From an uncultured Candidatus Saccharimonadales bacterium (lineage in GTDB: Bacteria; Patescibacteriota; Saccharimonadia; UBA4664), in NCBI GenBank assembly GCA_964609585.1, contig CAZSRA010000003.1, positions 35,405 to 99,404 on the forward strand: 64,000 bases of DNA, read 5' to 3'. Positions 8,885 to 17,794 of this stretch are shown one piece after another. The notes beneath the pieces were generated by a model. It did not search any database, was not told where the DNA came from, and saw only the letters and a list, made by a program, of their open reading frames with translations. Both the position numbers and the translations under genes were made by a program. How positions within the stretch are numbered: position 1 is the first letter of the stretch; every line of letters begins with the position of its first letter.

Positions 8885-10726
8885 TCAAGACAACGTCCAC
8901 TGCCATGAAGGAGCTGCTGAGTAGGTAAGCGTGATTGATTTACCGCTCGGCACAAACACCATGGCGGGTGTGGCGGTAAATAAGGTGGTGCCATCGACGG
9001 CAATCCCTGTAACCGTCCCACCGGTAATCGTCACGGCAGCATCGCGCCAGAAGGGGTTTTTAAATGAAGTAGTAGAAGATGGTACCGATGGCGCCGTCAC
9101 ATGCCCGGGTGCTTGGTCGGTATTTATAATCTTTAGGTTGGCTGCACCATTTACGGCTGTACTACTAGGGCTATTGAGCGCAGTGTTCAGAGTGCCACCA
9201 TCCGTGCCATTTGCACCGATGTAAATAGTACCGCTACCACCATTATTGGGGTCATCCACAATCGCGCCACTCTCCGGCTCAATGTCAGCGCATAGGATAT
9301 CTAGCTTCATGATTCCGGGACTGGCAAAGGCGATGCACTTGTGACAGTTTTCAATTGAGGCATAGCTAATGATATTACGGTGAGGAGCACCCGACGATGG
9401 CCAGATCACAAGGCCGTCATAGCAGTTAATCAATCGCAGAGAGTTAGCCTGCACGTGCTCTTGGATGATGAGTCCGTACACCAGTCCCTCGCATGAATAG
9501 TAACCAATATTGCACATATCGTTGTTATTTGTCTGGGGCATATTGAGTCCGAACGACCAGTTTGGGGCCGGTATTGTGGGAGCTCCTGTGGCCGTCGATC
9601 GAGCCAGGACGGAAGCGTTCACTACATTCACCTCAGCCATTCCCTGAAAATCAAACCCAGATATATTGCCATTCTGGGGGACTTCTATCGTTATGCCGTC
9701 AACGACAACAAGCATGTTGTTCCATCTATTCGTGGCACCGCCATATTGATGAGCAGCATCACCGCCACCCTGGGCATTGGGCCCACCGATCACCGACACC
9801 GCACCGGTAGCGGGAAGGCCGGCACCGGCATCGTAGGTCGTGCGTAGCACCGCACCAGCTTCTTGAGGTACTGTCTGGAGCCAGTGATACAGCGCAGTCG
9901 CATCGGCTGTACCTTTTAAGACCAATATAAATTTCTGCTTGTGAATGAGATGCGGCGAATTCGGATCTGCGGGATTGCTCAGGTCTGAACTTTCGGGAAC
10001 AATCGGCAGTGGAATCTGGGCGCTACCATAGGTGGTGCCGCCTGTTATCGGATTACCAGCGATCAAATACACGGCAGGAGGAAAATAAATCTCGGCGTAG
10101 TTGGTGCCATCCGCAACGCCTGCGGCAAATGCCGCGCTTATGACAGCGTTAATGGCGGCCGTGTCGTCGGTGACGCCGTCCCCTTTTACGCCATAATCTT
10201 TTACGTTATACACGCCGGCTTGGGACGACAGCGAAGTCCAGTTTGTGAGGCTAAAGCTCGCTCCACTGGTAAAAGATGTCGTGGCCACATAGCTGCTGCC
10301 AGCAAAGGTTACGAGATCGTTTGCGACATAGGCGGTTGACGGCGCCCAGGCCCCGCGGTAACGAAGGTTTGCGAGCACATTTCCAAGCTGGCCGGCTGGG
10401 ACTTGGGCTGAGCCGTCGAGACTAGCGTAACCGCCAGCAATGCCCTTATTGGTCGACAGCTCTTTGGCTGCGAGGTCTGTAGTGAGGCCGGCCACTGCAG
10501 ATTCGGGGAAGGCGGCGGCGGGAACAACGGGTGCGCTCGTGAAGGTTTTCGCGCCAGCGATGGTTTCACTGCCAGTATTGTGGACGACCGCTGAATCGTT
10601 GGCCTTGGTGCCAATGCTGCCGGATGGTTTGAGGGTGCCATCGGCATCATGCTCGACACTAAGGTAATCATTGAGAATACCACCCCAGACGCCTGCATCC
10701 TGACCGGGTTGCGGGAGACGAGCCAT
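8885..10726 (-). CDS. Pectate-lyase-superfamily right-handed beta-helix protein (phage tailspike/depolymerase-like)
   Basis: VYNVKDYGVKGDGVTDDTAAINAVI motif of Pectate_lyase_3/GH55-like beta-helix proteins. The N-terminal region resembles actinophage tail-fibre N-termini. No signal peptide. Confidence 0.55.
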   Translation of the reverse strand: MARLPQPGQDAGVWGGILNDYLSVEHDADGTLKPSGSIGTKANDSAVVHNTGSETIAGAKTFTSAPVVPAAAFPESAVAGLTTDLAAKELSTNKGIAGGYASLDGSAQVPAGQLGNVLANLRYRGAWAPSTAYVANDLVTFAGSSYVATTSFTSGASFSLTNWTSLSSQAGVYNVKDYGVKGDGVTDDTAAINAVISAAFAAGVADGTNYAEIYFPPAVYLIAGNPITGGTTYGSAQIPLPIVPESSDLSNPADPNSPHLIHKQKFILVLKGTADATALYHWLQTVPQEAGAVLRTTYDAGAGLPATGAVSVIGGPNAQGGGDAAHQYGGATNRWNNMLVVVDGITIEVPQNGNISGFDFQGMAEVNVVNASVLARSTATGAPTIPAPNWSFGLNMPQTNNNDMCNIGYYSCEGLVYGLIIQEHVQANSLRLINCYDGLVIWPSSGAPHRNIISYASIENCHKCIAFASPGIMKLDILCADIEPESGAIVDDPNNGGSGTIYIGANGTDGGTLNTALNSPSSTAVNGAANLKIINTDQAPGHVTAPSVPSSTTSFKNPFWRDAAVTITGGTVTGIAVDGTTLFTATPAMVFVPSGKSITLTYSAAPSWQWTLS

Positions 10727-10796
10727 AAGAACGCACCTTCCAACGAGTTAGTACCTCTTATGCTAATGGACGGCTCACAAATTGTAAACTGAAGCC

Positions 10797-11912
10797 TTAT
10801 TTTGATGTAGGTGGATATTTTGGGAGAAAATATCCCGCGAGGAGAGTGGCGATAGGTACCGCGAGAATCAGGGCCAAACTACCAATGAGTGATCTAACGA
10901 TTTCCTCCATGACAAGTTCAGAGTTTAGCGTAAACCATAGCGGTAAATTTAATACAGCAGCAACATAAACGATGAAGATAAGCGACGTCCCGGCATAGGC
11001 TAGGACGAGTGTGTTAATGAGCGAAGAAATATGTTCACGGCCGACTTTCATGGCGCGCCGGTAGAGTTCTCGCCAATTTAGGCTGGGGCTAGCATGGTGA
11101 AGCTGTTCTACGATCGCAGCCTGGCCAACAGTGATATCATCGAGGACGCCAAGCACACCAATCATGATGCCACCGAGCAAGAGGCCTTGGAGGTTTAGAT
11201 TGGGAACCTGCTGATGAAGGTAGGATGTATCTTCGGTAGCAATGCCATTCAAATGGGCAGCGGAGACTGCCAAGATGGATACTCCAGCTGCTAAAAGGAG
11301 CGTAAGGTAGGTGCTAATGAGGGCTAGCGTGGTGCGACGGCTGAAACCATGAGCAAAATATATGCCGAGGCCAGCAATGATGAAGCTGCCGCCAAGAGCA
11401 ATGGGATAGGGATTGCGGCCTTGCAAGATTTGCGGTACTACGAATCCGCCGATGACAGCCAAGCTAATAGCAAGGCCAATAATTGAACCAAGGCCACGCC
11501 AACCGGCAAAGATGACGGCGAGCACTATAACGATGCTTAGCAATAAACCGGCGGTTGGCAGCCGATAATGATCGAGAACGGAGTAGGTGGGACCACCAGG
11601 CTTATCGATGCTTGGGGTGCGCACGATCACAACGATGTCCCCGGTGTGGTAAATCGGCATGGTGAGATCGCTGGAACTGTTGAACCCAACGGTACCGGCA
11701 GATACGATCTTGCCGGTATCTGGGCCGTTTAGAATTTGAATCGAGATGGCAGCTTGGCTACTTGAGTCTGATTGGGCCGCAGTGGCTACGATTTTAGCCC
11801 GGTAATAACTGAGGCTGGTTTGATCAGCAAACGCCGGCATCGCCCAAAAGAGCAAAGTGCTGAGACCGAGTATGAATGAGGCAAGGGCTCTGGGCATAGC
11901 TCTATCATACAA
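10797..11912 (-). CDS. YibE/F-family membrane protein
   Basis: Signal-anchor, then an extracytoplasmic domain, then a C-terminal polytopic region with Gly-rich helices typical of YibE/F. Confidence 0.55.
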   Translation of the reverse strand: MYDRAMPRALASFILGLSTLLFWAMPAFADQTSLSYYRAKIVATAAQSDSSSQAAISIQILNGPDTGKIVSAGTVGFNSSSDLTMPIYHTGDIVVIVRTPSIDKPGGPTYSVLDHYRLPTAGLLLSIVIVLAVIFAGWRGLGSIIGLAISLAVIGGFVVPQILQGRNPYPIALGGSFIIAGLGIYFAHGFSRRTTLALISTYLTLLLAAGVSILAVSAAHLNGIATEDTSYLHQQVPNLNLQGLLLGGIMIGVLGVLDDITVGQAAIVEQLHHASPSLNWRELYRRAMKVGREHISSLINTLVLAYAGTSLIFIVYVAAVLNLPLWFTLNSELVMEEIVRSLIGSLALILAVPIATLLAGYFLPKYPPTSK

Positions 11913-11920
11913 GATGGTGT

Positions 11921-13726
11921 TTAGTGCGTCAGGAAAGGTTCGTCTTTGGTCTCGGCCTGGCCAAGTTCTACGGCTAGCTCATCGCCGGCCTGGGTGACGC
12001 GGTCGGATGCGGGTTTAGCGGATTTGCGCAAGGGGATTTCTTTGAGGAACAGGGTTACAACTAGCGCGGCAGAAGCCACGAGGGCGCTTATGAAGAAAAC
12101 GTGGCTCACCGACAGAGCAAAGGCGTCTTTGGCAATAGTGATGAAGGTGGTAAAGGCCTGCGTGGCGCTTGCCTGGGCGGGAGCGGGAAGGGCGGCAATG
12201 CTTTCGGTAACTTTGGCCTGTCCGGTGGTGGAGAGGAGGCCCTGGAGTAGGTTGGGGTTGGTGACATCAAGACCATGCTTAGCTGCGGCCTGGGCATAGG
12301 CGGTAGAGCTGAGCCCCGCAGCATTTTGGGCGAAGGTGTTATTGAAGACGGCACCCAGAACAGCAGTACCTACGGTACCACCAATGTTACGAAAGAGCTG
12401 AGTAGAAGCCGTGACGACGCCCATTTTGGTACGGTCAAAGGCGTTTTGGACGGCAATGTTAAATACTGGCATGGAGAGGCCGAGACTGGCTCCAAGCGTT
12501 ACCATGCGAATGACGAGCTGGAGGTGGCTAGTATCGGGAGTGAGGTGGCTCAGCCAAAGCAGGCTGCCAACGAGGAGAGCGGCCCCGGTGATGGCAACGA
12601 TACGATACCTGCCAGTGCGGGCTATGATTTGGCCGGAGATAACAGAAGCGCCAATGAGGCCTACCATAAGGGGCGTAAGGATGGTGCCCGAATCGGTGGC
12701 TGAGATGCCCTGGGCAAGTTGACCGAAGAGCGGGATGAACACAATGGCGCCGAACATGGCGGCACCCGTTAGGAAGGTAACGGCGACGGAAGTTGAGAAG
12801 ATGGAGTTTTCAAATAGGCTCAATGGCATGATGGGTTCTTTCGCTTTGTGCTCGGCCCATAAGAAGCCCAAGAGAGAAACGGTGCCGAAGGCGAAGAGTC
12901 CAATGATGGCGCTTGAGTTCCAGGCATATTGACGACCACCCCAAGACAGGGCCATGAGCAGTGGCACGAGTGTCCCAATGAGGAGTCCGGCACCCCAAAA
13001 GTCGATCACTTTATCTTTGATGGTTGAGACTACTTTTGGCATGAGGAAGCCAATGAAGCCTAGTGCGATAAGGCCAAGTGGGATGTTTACGCAAAAGACA
13101 GCGCGCCAGGAAGCATGGTCAGTGAGGAAACCACCCAGAGCTGGACCAATGACGGAAGCTAGCCCGAAAACACCACCGAGCACGCCCTGCCATTTCGCGC
13201 GTTCGGCTGGGTCGAATAGATCTCCGATGATGGCGAAAGCATTGCCCATGATGGCCCCGCCGCCAATGCCCTGGAGGGCGCGAAAGGCGATGAGCTCAAC
13301 CATATTTTGGCTAAGCCCACACAAGATGGAGCCGAGGAGGAAAATGAGGATGCCACTAAAAAAGAACCATTTGCGCCCGTAGAGGTCGGAAAGTTTACCG
13401 TAAATGGGCACGGTGACGGTGGAAGCGAGCATGTAGGCGGTAACAACCCACGTGAGATGGTCAGCGCCGCCGAGCTCACGGACAATGCGCGGCAAGGCTG
13501 TGCCGACAATGGTTTGGTCGAGGGCAGCCAGGAGCATGGCGAGGATGACGCCGATCATGGTGATGGTCTTGCGTCTCGGGTGCAGGTCGGCGAATGAGGT
13601 GACGTGTTCCGTGGTTGGGGTGACCGACGGCACGGTTGGTGTTTCAGCTGGGACGGGCGCCGTTGCTTTTGCTGGAGCGGCTGACTCCACGGTCTTGGAT
13701 TTTATGATTCCATCGAGCAGGGGCAT
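11921..13726 (-). CDS. MFS transporter, DHA2 (EmrB/QacA, 14-TMS) drug-efflux family
   Basis: LAALDQTIVGTALPRI...YGKLSDLYGRKW motif and ~14 predicted TM segments. Confidence 0.85.
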   Translation of the reverse strand: MPLLDGIIKSKTVESAAPAKATAPVPAETPTVPSVTPTTEHVTSFADLHPRRKTITMIGVILAMLLAALDQTIVGTALPRIVRELGGADHLTWVVTAYMLASTVTVPIYGKLSDLYGRKWFFFSGILIFLLGSILCGLSQNMVELIAFRALQGIGGGAIMGNAFAIIGDLFDPAERAKWQGVLGGVFGLASVIGPALGGFLTDHASWRAVFCVNIPLGLIALGFIGFLMPKVVSTIKDKVIDFWGAGLLIGTLVPLLMALSWGGRQYAWNSSAIIGLFAFGTVSLLGFLWAEHKAKEPIMPLSLFENSIFSTSVAVTFLTGAAMFGAIVFIPLFGQLAQGISATDSGTILTPLMVGLIGASVISGQIIARTGRYRIVAITGAALLVGSLLWLSHLTPDTSHLQLVIRMVTLGASLGLSMPVFNIAVQNAFDRTKMGVVTASTQLFRNIGGTVGTAVLGAVFNNTFAQNAAGLSSTAYAQAAAKHGLDVTNPNLLQGLLSTTGQAKVTESIAALPAPAQASATQAFTTFITIAKDAFALSVSHVFFISALVASAALVVTLFLKEIPLRKSAKPASDRVTQAGDELAVELGQAETKDEPFLTH

Positions 13727-13743
13727 GGGGTGGTTCCTTTTAT

Positions 13744-14199
13744 TTAGTGTTGGGCTGGGTTGGGTTTTTCTTCGAGTACGGTTGCAAACTTCTCGGTAGC
13801 TGTGATCATGGCATCCACTTCGGCGTCGGTGAGTCGAGCCATCACGGCACGAAGGCGTTCACGCTTGAGAGCGCGGAGTTGGCTGGTAGTCTCAAGGCCA
13901 GTGGCGCTTAGGTGCAGACGAATAACTCTACGGTCTTGCTCGTCTGAGCGGCGCTCAAGGAAGCCGCGTCGAAACAAGGTATCGACCGTTTGGGTAATGG
14001 CGCTTTGGGTAAGCGTTAGCCTGCCAGCGAGTTCGCCCGTGGTTTGGCCTGGTTTTAGGGCAAGCATCATGAGGATCTCGAGCTGAGTGCGCGTGAGCTG
14101 AAGATGCTCGCCAAGATGTTTGCGAGCACTATGGGCTGCTCGACTTACATTGTCTATGGCAGCTTCGAGACGTTTTAAATTGTAGTCTAGTTTATCCAC
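13744..14199 (-). CDS. MarR-family transcriptional regulator
   Basis: Winged-HTH MarR signature (TRTQLEILMMLA...GELAGRLTLTQSAITQTVDTLFRRGFLER). Lies 18 nt upstream of the MFS gene. Confidence 0.85.
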   Translation of the reverse strand: MDKLDYNLKRLEAAIDNVSRAAHSARKHLGEHLQLTRTQLEILMMLALKPGQTTGELAGRLTLTQSAITQTVDTLFRRGFLERRSDEQDRRVIRLHLSATGLETTSQLRALKRERLRAVMARLTDAEVDAMITATEKFATVLEEKPNPAQH

Positions 14200-14289
14200 A
14201 GATACTAATCATATTAGTCTCTAATGTAATTCTTGTCAAATGAACTGCTCATTTCATGAGGGAGGCCATTTGATATTTAGTAATAAAAA

Positions 14290-14338
14290 TTGCTTAATGT
14301 AGCCTATAACGGTAAAATGTGAACGTAATAGGTTCACA
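14290..14338 (+). promoter_or_regulatory. Putative promoter (TTGCTT-17-TAAAAT) with a 7-bp perfect inverted-repeat operator (TGTGAAC-N7-GTTCACA). The operator abuts the start codon of the MgtE-N/CBS gene.
   Basis: Motifs read directly from sequence. The inverted repeat at 14318-14338 ends 2 nt before the ATG at 14341. No Shine-Dalgarno is visible, so the transcript may be leaderless or short-leader. Confidence 0.35.
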
Positions 14339-14340
14339 AT

Positions 14341-15651
14341 ATGCCTCAAACAACATCAGCTCGAAAGGATCAATTGGCGCTGCAACAGCTTCGCCAAGCT
14401 TTGGTTTCGGTAGCTGGCCTAGTGGGGCGGCCAGTACTGCTTTCTGGTGGCAATGAGGTCGGCACGATCGTGGACCTGGTTTGCCGGTGGGACTTGAGCC
14501 AGTCATACCCGGCTATTGCTGGCGTGATTGTGCGGGTAGGTCGGCGCCGCAGTTGGGTGGGAATGAAGCGGGTTGCCGAAATAAAACGCGATAGCGTAGT
14601 GCTCGGGACTTCAAAATTGGACCTGAAAGACTTCGCACTGCGTGAAGGTGAAGCCCTGTTGATGCGAGACGTGGTGGATCACCAGATGATCGACATTAAC
14701 GGAGTGCGGGTGGTGCGGGCGGCCGATTTATACATTGCGTCGGTCAAGGATCAGTACCGGCTAGTGGGAGTTGATACCAGTTTCTCGGCGCTATTGCGGC
14801 GGCTGGGTCCAGCGCGGTGGCGGTCGGTGGCTGCACCGAAGGCGGTCATTAACTGGGCGCAGGTACAAAGCTTTGGTCAGCAATCGAGCGGCAAGGGTCT
14901 CCAAGCGGCCTCACCAATGAAGGAGCTGGCGCATTTGCGGCCGGGTGAAGTGGCCGATTTACTCGAAGACTTGGGCCGGGATGAGCGTCAGGAATTGCTC
15001 GAGGCTTTGGACCCAGAGGCAGCGGCGGACGCGCTCGAGGAAATGCAGCCGAAAGAGCTGGAGGGTTTGTTGCGAGAGGCGGATTTGCGTGATGCGGCCG
15101 AGCTGGTGGCCCACATGGAGCCAGACGAGGCGGCGGATGCGTTGCGTGATTTTGGTGCACAGGAGCGGGAAGATTTAATGCAGCATTTGCCGAAGACGGC
15201 GGCTCGTCAGATTGATCAAGTTTTGGCCCACGATGAAAACGAAGCGGGCGGTCTGATGACAACGACGATCATGACGGCTCAAGCTCGTGAAAAGGTAGCG
15301 GATGTACGGCGCCGATTTCAGGGGCTTGATCATGATGCCGGGGAGCTTGGCGCGGTGATTGTCGTGGATGCGGCGGGCAAGCTGATTGACGACATTCAGG
15401 TGGGCGAATTGTTTGTGGCGGACCCGCAGCAAGCTTTGAGTGAGTTAACGCGTCCGCCGGAGCCCGTGACAGTATTGCCGGACACGCCACTCGATGAGGT
15501 AGTGGAGCTGTTGATTGCGGGTCGTAGTTCGTCGATTGTGGTGGTAGATGCCGAGCACCGGCCGATCGGGCGGATTTTGGCCGATGATATTGTGGACGCG
15601 CTGATTTCTTCGCGTCGCGGACGGTTTCATTTCCCGAGGATGCTCGAATGA
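14341..15651 (+). CDS. Soluble MgtE N-terminal domain plus tandem CBS-domain protein (no transmembrane domain)
   Basis: MgtE_N-type acidic helical repeats (DLLEDLGRDERQELLEALDPEAAADALEEM...) followed by a CBS pair. The TM channel module of MgtE is absent. Confidence 0.75.
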   Translation: MPQTTSARKDQLALQQLRQALVSVAGLVGRPVLLSGGNEVGTIVDLVCRWDLSQSYPAIAGVIVRVGRRRSWVGMKRVAEIKRDSVVLGTSKLDLKDFALREGEALLMRDVVDHQMIDINGVRVVRAADLYIASVKDQYRLVGVDTSFSALLRRLGPARWRSVAAPKAVINWAQVQSFGQQSSGKGLQAASPMKELAHLRPGEVADLLEDLGRDERQELLEALDPEAAADALEEMQPKELEGLLREADLRDAAELVAHMEPDEAADALRDFGAQEREDLMQHLPKTAARQIDQVLAHDENEAGGLMTTTIMTAQAREKVADVRRRFQGLDHDAGELGAVIVVDAAGKLIDDIQVGELFVADPQQALSELTRPPEPVTVLPDTPLDEVVELLIAGRSSSIVVVDAEHRPIGRILADDIVDALISSRRGRFHFPRMLE

Positions 15652-16898
15652 TTCGCAAGATGCGATCGCTGATATCCGGGCGCTTTTTGGCGATTTTGGC
15701 ACTGGCTGGGCCGGGGCTTATCGCCGCCAACGCCGGTAATGATGCTGGCGGTATCGCCACATACGCTTCGGCTGGGGCGCAATTTGGCTACCGGACGCTA
15801 TTTTTCATGCTACTTGTCACGGTGGGCTTGGTGGTTGTTCAGGAAATGTGCGCCCGGCTGGGAGCTTATACGGGCGAGGGGCTGGGGTCGCTCATTCGTG
15901 AGCAATTTTCTTTGCGCGTAACGGCATTTGCGATGACTGCGTTCATTGTAGCCAATATAGGCCTGGTAGTGAGTGAATTTGCAGGAATTGCAGCGGCACT
16001 GGAATTGTTTGGTGTGAGCCGGTACGTATCGATTCCACTCTCGGCAGTGGCGATTTGGGCGCTCGTGGTATACGGCACCTACCGGAATGCGGAACGGCTG
16101 TTCTTGCTGCTATCGCTGGCTTTTTTGGCCTACCCCGTGGCGGCGGTGCTGGCCCATCCGCACTGGGGCGAGGTTGCGAGCCAACTGGCACTCCCCCATT
16201 TTGTATGGTCGCACGACTTTTTGTTTTTGGGGGTGGCACTGATTGGAACGACGATTACACCGTACATGCAGTTTTATATTGCGGCGGCGGTGGCCGATAA
16301 GGGCATTGGGCCGAGTGAGTACGCAAGCGAGCGGATCGACACCGTAGCGGGATCGATTTTTGCGAACCTTATTAGCATGTTTATTATTATTGCCACAGCA
16401 GCTGCGGTAGTGCACCGGGGCCCGTTAGCTAGCGCAGCCGAGGCGGCAATGGCGCTCAAACCCGTGGCGGGAGCGTTTGCGGGGCAGTTATTTGGTTTTG
16501 GACTGTTCGGCGCGAGTATGCTGGCAGCGGCGATTGTGCCGCTGTCGACGGCGTATGCGATTAGCGAAGCTGTGGGTGCGGAGCGAAGCGTGGGGAAACG
16601 TTTCCAGGAGGCGCCGCTGTTTTTGGGGATTTTTACGGGACAGATTGTGCTGGGAGCGGCGGTCGCGATGATTCCAGGCAACCTGATTGCTACCTTAATC
16701 CGGGCGCAGGTACTAAATGGGATTATTACGCCAATTTTGCTAACGTTTGTGCTTATTTTGGCCAACCGGCGAAGCGTACTAGGTGACGCGGCCAATGGAC
16801 GGGCTTACCGAGCTGTGGCCACGGTCTGCGTGGTACTGGTAGGTTTGCTTGCAGCAATTGTCCTGGTGCAGTCGGTTTTTAGCTGGTTTGGCCTTTAA
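15648..16898 (+). CDS. NRAMP/SLC11-family divalent-cation transporter with non-canonical binding-site motifs (NRMT-like)
   Basis: NRAMP fold. TM1 reads NDAGGIAT where canonical MntH has DPGN. TM6 reads TITPYMQFY where canonical has A-MPH. Overlaps the upstream gene by ATGA, implying translational coupling. Confidence 0.8.
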   Translation: MIRKMRSLISGRFLAILALAGPGLIAANAGNDAGGIATYASAGAQFGYRTLFFMLLVTVGLVVVQEMCARLGAYTGEGLGSLIREQFSLRVTAFAMTAFIVANIGLVVSEFAGIAAALELFGVSRYVSIPLSAVAIWALVVYGTYRNAERLFLLLSLAFLAYPVAAVLAHPHWGEVASQLALPHFVWSHDFLFLGVALIGTTITPYMQFYIAAAVADKGIGPSEYASERIDTVAGSIFANLISMFIIIATAAAVVHRGPLASAAEAAMALKPVAGAFAGQLFGFGLFGASMLAAAIVPLSTAYAISEAVGAERSVGKRFQEAPLFLGIFTGQIVLGAAVAMIPGNLIATLIRAQVLNGIITPILLTFVLILANRRSVLGDAANGRAYRAVATVCVVLVGLLAAIVLVQSVFSWFGL

Positions 16899-16905
16899 CC
16901 GAAAA

Positions 16906-17493
16906 CTATTTTCTATAGAGTTCGAGGACTCGTCCGCTATCTTTTGCTACTAGTTGAGCGATCACCAGCGAAATACTACCCGATATGAGCATCTGCATGC
17001 TAAGATTTCCCCCCAGAATGATGCTAAAGAGAAAAAGTACGCCTAAAAAGACTTTGAGGTAGGCGAGAATGAAGAAGTAATAGTCTAAGTGGAGCCACAT
17101 ATAAATGAGGTAGTGTGTGCCTTCGCAAATCATAAGAATACCTACGAGCGCCGCCGGGCTTGAGTGTTGCAAGAAGATTAGGATGGGAATCGCCGCCATT
17201 TCAATGGCGGGCGCAACCGCGGCGAGCACCGTATATGGGCTCTTAATGAGCCAAGCGGTGTGGCGCAACTTTCCGATGAGTATAGCTAGAATGGGCACCA
17301 AGATCCCACCATAGACAACCCAGGTGATTTTAAAGGCGGGTATCGCAAAGCCAAAGAACGCGCCAGCGAGCCAAAATAGCGTGCCAGCGAGCAAAAAGGA
17401 ACTGCCGCTTTTGGTTTCGCGTATAAATCTTTCTAATTCGGGTCGAATTAAGGTATGAGGATCAGCAACTTTAGGAATGAAAGGTATGCGCAT
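16906..17493 (-). CDS. Hypothetical polytopic membrane protein
   Basis: ~6 hydrophobic helices. No recognisable family. Confidence 0.4.
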   Translation of the reverse strand: MRIPFIPKVADPHTLIRPELERFIRETKSGSSFLLAGTLFWLAGAFFGFAIPAFKITWVVYGGILVPILAILIGKLRHTAWLIKSPYTVLAAVAPAIEMAAIPILIFLQHSSPAALVGILMICEGTHYLIYMWLHLDYYFFILAYLKVFLGVLFLFSIILGGNLSMQMLISGSISLVIAQLVAKDSGRVLELYRK

Positions 17494-17794
17494 CTTGCGG
17501 GTATTGTATAGGTTTGGCTTGATTTTACCAATCCGGGAGCGTGAGTTTTGCTGGCACTCAGCCGACTCTCAAGGTGGTTTATTATTATGATTAAAGAGAC
17601 GAAAAATAGTGGCCGAAAGGAGTGCGTGTGAGGTTTTTGGTAGCTTATGTAGATCCGGGTACCGGTAGCTTTGTATTGCAAGCGGTTGTAGGGGCCGTGA
17701 TGGGAGTGGGCTATATGATTCGCGGCCGCGTCCGGTTTATTATCGCTAAACTGCGGCGCAAAAAAACTAGTGAAAGCGTTAAGCCAGTTTCATT

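Noticed and set aside
14849-16795. Antisense ORFs inside the MgtE-N/CBS and NRAMP genes (e.g. 14849-15262, 15269-15760, 16274-16795)
   Set aside because: Entirely embedded in well-supported genes on the opposite strand. Pro/Arg-rich translations typical of GC-rich antisense frames.
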